64,000 nucleotides of DNA, from positions 141,988,966 to 142,052,965 of the forward strand of contig NC_090376.1 in the NCBI RefSeq assembly GCF_036365525.1, read 5' to 3'. Position 1 is the stretch's first letter, and each line of letters begins with the position of its first letter. Of the stretch, positions 58,100 to 64,000 are shown one piece after another. Position numbers and translations under genes: made by a program. The notes beneath the pieces were generated by a model. That model made no database searches, was not told the origin of the DNA, and saw nothing but the letters and a program-made list of their open reading frames with translations. The DNA comes from Heterodontus francisci (Eukaryota).

Positions 58100-59264
58100 T
58101 GCGATTTTTTTTTTTGCAGCACTTGCATTCTTCAATGTCCTGTTTGATAGATTTTTTAATTGAATTGGCTGTAATGCCAGGTGTTATATTGGTCTTTGCA
58201 ATGGTCTTGCTGTTGGTGCTAATATAATTTTATATTTATATTCAGCTTTGAGTTAGCCTGAAAGTCTGAGTAGCTCAGATATCAGCAAAAACAAAGTTGT
58301 CTGGTACTTTTAATCCTGCTGAAGACACTTGCAACATGAGACAGAGAAGAATAAGATTATACTAAGAATAAAGAGAGATCACGCAATAGAAAACTGAAAA
58401 TGAGAAATCAAACAATAATAGGGTTTCATAAGTGGTGGGGAGGGGAGAGGGAAAGCTTGTGAATCTGCTTTGAACAGCTATATTGTGACATATATATAGT
58501 CATATTTATTTTAGAACAACAATGTTAAGCACTGTTTACCAGAACTCAATTTATTTTCATACCTATCCCAGAGGATATTTGCTATCACCTGAAGTAACAT
58601 AAGAAACTACAGTTAAAAATGCAAGGAAAGAGGACTGGGTGGTCCTGAGAGTGACTAGACTTCCTCATAGAAGTTGGATCCTGCAATTTTATTGTCAGGT
58701 GCCGATAGTTGGAGGGCCCAAAATGAAGAAAATAAATGAAAAGAGGAATAAGGCTCAAAGAGACAGTTGTCACAATGAATTGGCACCAACCTGATGCATT
58801 GAGCATCTATCTGTCTCAGTGAGTTTCTAGGAGTTTCATCTAGTTTTATACTCTGAAACTGGAGCAAAAATCTTTGCATAAATAACATACCAACAAAAAA
58901 AAACTTGATGACTCAAGTTCCTGGTGTGGCCTGGATCAAATCTTTATATAGTAGTCATCAGAATTTTAAAGAAAATGGCAATGGGGTACATTTACACCTT
59001 CATTGCCTCAGTGATGGAGCAGATCACCCACCCAGTACAGCATCCACCAATGTTTTACTTCATTGAAATTAATGCAATGAAGATGGGATGGGTACGACAA
59101 TGAACAGATGATCTGCTGTGTGAGATTATAGCCCAGGCATTGAGGCCAAAAAATGTACTCCACACTGTCACAGAACTTGGTCTTGCATTCAACATCCAAT
59201 TGTTACTGGTTTGACATGATCACCAGGGCAGATGAAGTAGAAGCTCTAACTTATGAGGGGTTTA

Positions 59265-60880
59265 TTTAAATATTTGTTCACAGGCGCAAGTGTCACTGGC
59301 AAGGCCAGCATTTGTTGCCCATCTCTAATTGCCCTTGAGAAAGTGGGGGTGAGCTGCCTTCTTGAACCGCTGCAGTCCATCTGGTGTGGATACACCACAA
59401 TGTTGTTAGGAAGGGAGTTCCAGGATCTTGCCCCAGCAACAGTGAAGGAACAGTGATATAATTCCAAGTCAGGATAGTATGTGACTTGGAGGGGAACTTG
59501 GAGGTGATGGTGTTCCCATGCATATGCTGCCCTTGTCCTTCTAGGTGTTAGAGGTCAGGAGTTTGGAACGTGATATCAAGGGAGGCTTGCCGAGTTGCTG
59601 CAGTGCATCTTGTAGATGGTACACACTGCTGGCACTGTGCACTGATGATGAATGGAGTGAATGTTTAAGTTGGTGGGTAGGGTGCCGATCAAACAGGCTA
59701 CTTTTTCCTGGATGGTGATGAACTCTTGTGTGTTTTTGGAGCTGCATTCACCAGGTAAGTGGAGAATATTCCATCAGACTGCTGACTTGTGCCTTATAGA
59801 TGGTGACGGAATTTGGAGAGTCAGGAGGAGTGATACTTGCTGCAAAATTCTCAGCCTCTGACCTGTTCTTGTAGCCACAGTATTTATATAGCTACTCCAG
59901 TTATGTTAATGATAACTCTCAGGATGATGGGGGATTCAGTGATGGTAATGCCATTGAACGTCAAGGTTAGATTCTCTCTTGTTGGAGATTGTCATTGCCT
60001 GGCACTTGTGTGATACGCATGTTACTTGTCACTTATCAGCCTAAACCTGAATGTTGTCCACATTTTGGTGCATGGGCACGCGGAATGCTTCAGTATCTGA
60101 TGAGTCGCAAATGATACTGAACACTGTGCATTCATCCATGGACATTCCCACTTTGGATATTATGATGGAGGGAAGGTCATTGATGAAGCAGTTGAAGATG
60201 GTTGGGCCTAGGACACTACCCTGAGGAACTCCTGCAGTGATCTCCTGGGCCTGAGATGATTGGTCTCAAACAACCACAATCGTCTTCCATTGTCCCACAT
60301 GTGACTCCAACCAGTGGAGAGTTTTTCCCCGATTCCCATTGACTTCAATTTTGCTAGGGCTCCTTGATGCTACACCCATCAAATGCTGCCTTGTTGTCAA
60401 GAGCAGTCACTCTCATCTGACATCTGTAATTCAGCTCTTTTGACCATGTTTGGTCCAAGGTTGTCATGAGGTCTGGAGCAGAATTACCCAGACGGAACCC
60501 AAACTGAGCATTGGTGAACAGGTTATTACTGTGTAAGTGTGGCTTGATACCACTGTCAATGATACCTTTCATAACTTTGCTGATAATTCAGAGTATACTG
60601 ATGGGGCAGTAATTAGCCAAATTGGGTATGTCCTGCTTTTTGTGGACAGGACATACCTGGATGATTTTTCACGTCATCGGGTAGATGCTTGTATTGTAGC
60701 TGTACTGGAACAGATTGGCTAGGGGTGTGGCTAGTTCTGAAGCACAAGTCTTCAGTAATACAACTAGCAGGGCCCTTAGCCTTTGCTCTATCCAGTGTCT
60801 TCAGCCATTTCTTGATATCATGTGGAGTGAATCAAATTGGTTGAAGGCTAGCAGATGTGATACTGGGGTCTCAGAAGGAG
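59265..60880 (-). mobile_element. CR1-group LINE (different family), 3' half
   Basis: ORF 60354-60572 AQFGFRLGNSAPDL...VTALDNKAAFD; GVPQGSVLGPTIF at about 60200-60235; tail GGGCAACAAATGCTGGCCTTGCCAG shared with SINE family 2. Confidence 0.85.
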
Positions 60881-61602
60881 ACCAAAAGGTTGTGTGATTT
60901 GAGTACATTGAAAATGGTGATCAGCATAGGGGAATGGAATTTTCTGTTCCCCATCATTAATGGAAAGTGTTTGCATGGAAAGAGAGCATTTCTATCCTGT
61001 TATGTTTCCGAAGAGAGAAAGGGGATGTTGTGAAGGTATATGTGAATCAGAATGGAATGGTCTTGCTGGGTCGAATGGCTTTTGTTTCTCATTAAATGCC
61101 TCACTCTTATCTCTGTGTAATTAATACAAATATAAATTTGATAGGATTAAATTTGGTTATTCACAATCACGGTTGAAACAAGTAACAACTTTTTTGTTTC
61201 AGTATGCAAATGTATGTTAATATTGCTGAAAAAAGCAGCAACACCTTTTGTAATATTGTCAGTTGTCTTTAGGTGGAAAACCCCATAGATGGAGAAAATA
61301 ACTGTATTAAGTAATAACTGGAGAAAATAGGCCCCACAGAGACAGGTGTCACATTTAACTGGTACTAGATTGGCTAATGTGAAAAATACTAAAAATAATT
61401 TTACAAAAATAAAAATAAATCTGACAGTTTAGCAAATATTTTTGGTGAGAGAAAGAGAACAGACAAGCCTATGAAAATAATTCTACAGTTTTGCATTAAC
61501 ATTATTCAGTAAAATAAATGTTTGTTTAAGTTCATGAGAGTCGTAATAACCACATTGCTGTGCAGTGCAGTTATTGGTCACTCCCATGAAATACTGCACT
61601 GG

Positions 61603-63880
61603 AATAGGAACATTGGAGCAGGAGCAGGCCATTCAGTCCATCGAGCCTGCCCCGCCATTCAATACGATCATGGCTGATCATCCACTTCAATGACTTTTTT
61701 CCCACACTATCCTCATATCCCCTTATGCCATTTGTATTATGAAATCTGTTAATCTCTGCTTTAAACATACTCAATGATTGAGCTTCCACAGCCCTCTGGG
61801 GTAGAGAATTCCAAAGATTCACAACCCTCTGAGTAAAGAAATTTCTCCTCATCTCTGTCCTAAGTGGCTTTCCTCTTATTTTGAAATTGTGTCCCTGGTT
61901 CTAAACCACCCCCCACCCCCACCCCAACCAGGGGAAACATCTTACCTGCATCCATCCTGTCTATCCCTTTGAGTATTTTGTAGGTTTCAATGAGATCACC
62001 TCTCATTCTTCAAAACTCTGGAGAATACTGGCCCAGTTTTCCCAATTCTCTTCACAGGACAGTCCTGCTATCCTGGGAACAAGTCTGGTGAACCTTTGTT
62101 GCATTCCCTCTATGGCAATAATATCCTTCCTAAGGTAAGGGGACCGAAACTACACACAGTACTCCAGGTGAGGTCTAACCAAGGTTCTATACAATTGAAG
62201 CAAGAATTCACTACTCCTGTCCTCAAATCCTCTTGTGATAAAGGCTAACATACTATTAACCTTCTTAATTGGTTCCTGCACCTGCATGTTAGTTTTCAGT
62301 GACTTATTGACAACGACACCCGGATCCCTTTGTACAAATACACTTCCTAATCTCTTAACATTTAAGTAATACGCTGCACATCTATTCCTCCTACCAAAGT
62401 GGATAACCTCACATTTTTCCACATTATATTACATTTGCCACGTTCTTGCTCAGTGACTAAGTCTGTCCAAATCCCCTTGAAGCCGCTTTGAATCTTCCTC
62501 ACAAGACACATTCCCACCTAGTTTTGTCTCATCCATGAACTTGGATATACTGCATTTGGTACATCCAAATCATTGATATATATTGTGAACAGCTGGGGCC
62601 CAATCACTGATCCCTGCGGTACTCCACTAGTCACAGCCTGCCAATGAGGGAATGACCCGTTTACTCCTACTCTCTGTTTTCTGCCTGTTAACCAAACCTT
62701 AATCCATGCCAGTATCTTACCTCCTATCCCATGTGCTTTAATTTTGCTAACCAACCTCCTGTGGGAGACTTTATCAAAGGCCTTTTGAAAATCCAAGTAT
62801 ACTACATCCACCGACTCCCCTTTATCAATTCTGTTGGTAACATCCTCAAAAAACTCTGACAGGTTCATCAAACATGATTTCCCATTCATAAATCCATGCT
62901 GACTATGCCCAATCAGATCATCATTATCCAAGTGTCCATTTATCACATCCTTTAGAATAGATTCTAACATTTTCCCAACGACTGATGTAAGGCTAACAGA
63001 TCTGTAATTCCCTGTTTTCTCTCTCCCTCCCTTCTTAAATAGTGAGGTGACATTTGGGACCTTCTAATCTGTAGGAACCGCTCCAGAATCTATAGAATTT
63101 TGGAGGATGATCACCAATGCATCCACTATCTCCATAGCTACCTCCTTCAACACACTGGGATATAGAATATCAGGTCCTGGGGACTTATCAACCTTCAGAC
63201 CCATCAATTTCTCCAATACAATCTTCTTACTAATACTAATTTCCTTCAATCCCTCATTCCCATTAATCCCTTGGATCTCTAATTCTGGGAGATTTCTTCC
63301 TCAGTGAAGACAGGCACAAAGTAATCATTTAGCTTCTCTGCCATTTCTCTATTCCCCATTATAAATTCTCCAGACTCAACCTGTAATGGACCCACATTTG
63401 TCTTAGCCAAACTTTTCCTTTTTATGCACCTATAGAAGCCTTTACAGTCTGTTTATATATTTTTTCTGCTAGCGAACATTCATATTCTATTCTCCCTTTC
63501 TTTATCAGTTTCTTTGTCCTCCATTACTGTATTCTAAAATCCTCCCTATCCTCAGGTTTACTACTATTTCTGGCAACTTTATAGACCTTTCTATTTAATC
63601 TTATATAATCCTTAACTTCCTTTTTATCCACAGTTGACTGCCTTTACTTTTGGGCTTTTTGTGCCTTGAAGGAATGTATAGTTGCTGTAAACTATGGAAT
63701 ATTTCTTTAAAGACCATCCATTGCCTATGTACTGCCATACTTTTTGATGTATTCTCCCAATCCACCTCAGCCAATTTGCCCCTCATACCTTCATACTTTC
63801 CTTTGTTCCAATTTAACACACTGGCTTCAGATTGAACTACCTCACTTTCAAACATAATATAAAATTCTATCATATTATGA
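61603..63880 (-). mobile_element. 5'-truncated CR1 LINE
   Basis: ORFs 63601-63873, 63064-63249, 62518-62970, 62150-62422 and 61571-61852 cover the endonuclease end to the ORF2 C-terminus. Confidence 0.95.
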
Positions 63881-64000
63881 ATGGAAGGTATCCCTTAAGT
63901 AATATAAATATTCAGAACTGAACCTTCTGAATTATGACTGAATGCTTTTATATTCAAGGATTTTTTTGCAACAATGCAACTTTATTTTCAAATTAATGCT

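Noticed and set aside
1-64000. Prokaryotic systems (CRISPR arrays, operons, retrons, defence islands)
   Set aside because: No regularly spaced repeat-spacer array and no gene-dense coding. All RT domains are vertebrate LINE/LTR types and the DNA is eukaryotic repeat sequence.

Overview
Eukaryotic, repeat-dominated DNA, most likely intronic or intergenic sequence of a cartilaginous fish (shark). The basis is an HE1/V-type SINE, abundant CR1 LINEs, Penelope-type terminal repeats and Harbinger MITEs. I found no intact host gene; most ORF-track entries are transposon fragments or chance ORFs. The centre (about 30.5-56.4 kb) is one nested stack: an old CR1 is split by a PIF/Harbinger transposon (spliced Myb/SANT gene plus convergent DDE transposase). 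That transposon holds a full-length CR1 and a complete Ty1/Copia (GalEa-like) provirus with tRNA-iMet PBS. The full-length CR1 holds a young RTE LINE, which holds a Penelope-derived hairpin. Elsewhere are a deleted Gypsy (Mag-like) element with both LTRs, solo LTRs, further Harbinger fossils, MITEs and SINEs. The most interesting signals are RNA-level: minimal hammerhead ribozyme cores in three Penelope-derived inserts, and a candidate HDV-like ribozyme plus about 0.9 kb of unexplained, partly CpG-rich 5' sequence inside the RTE target-site duplication. Two possible host micro-exons are noted. All family assignments come from motif recognition by eye, not database searches, and I cannot claim a new biological system from this sequence alone.
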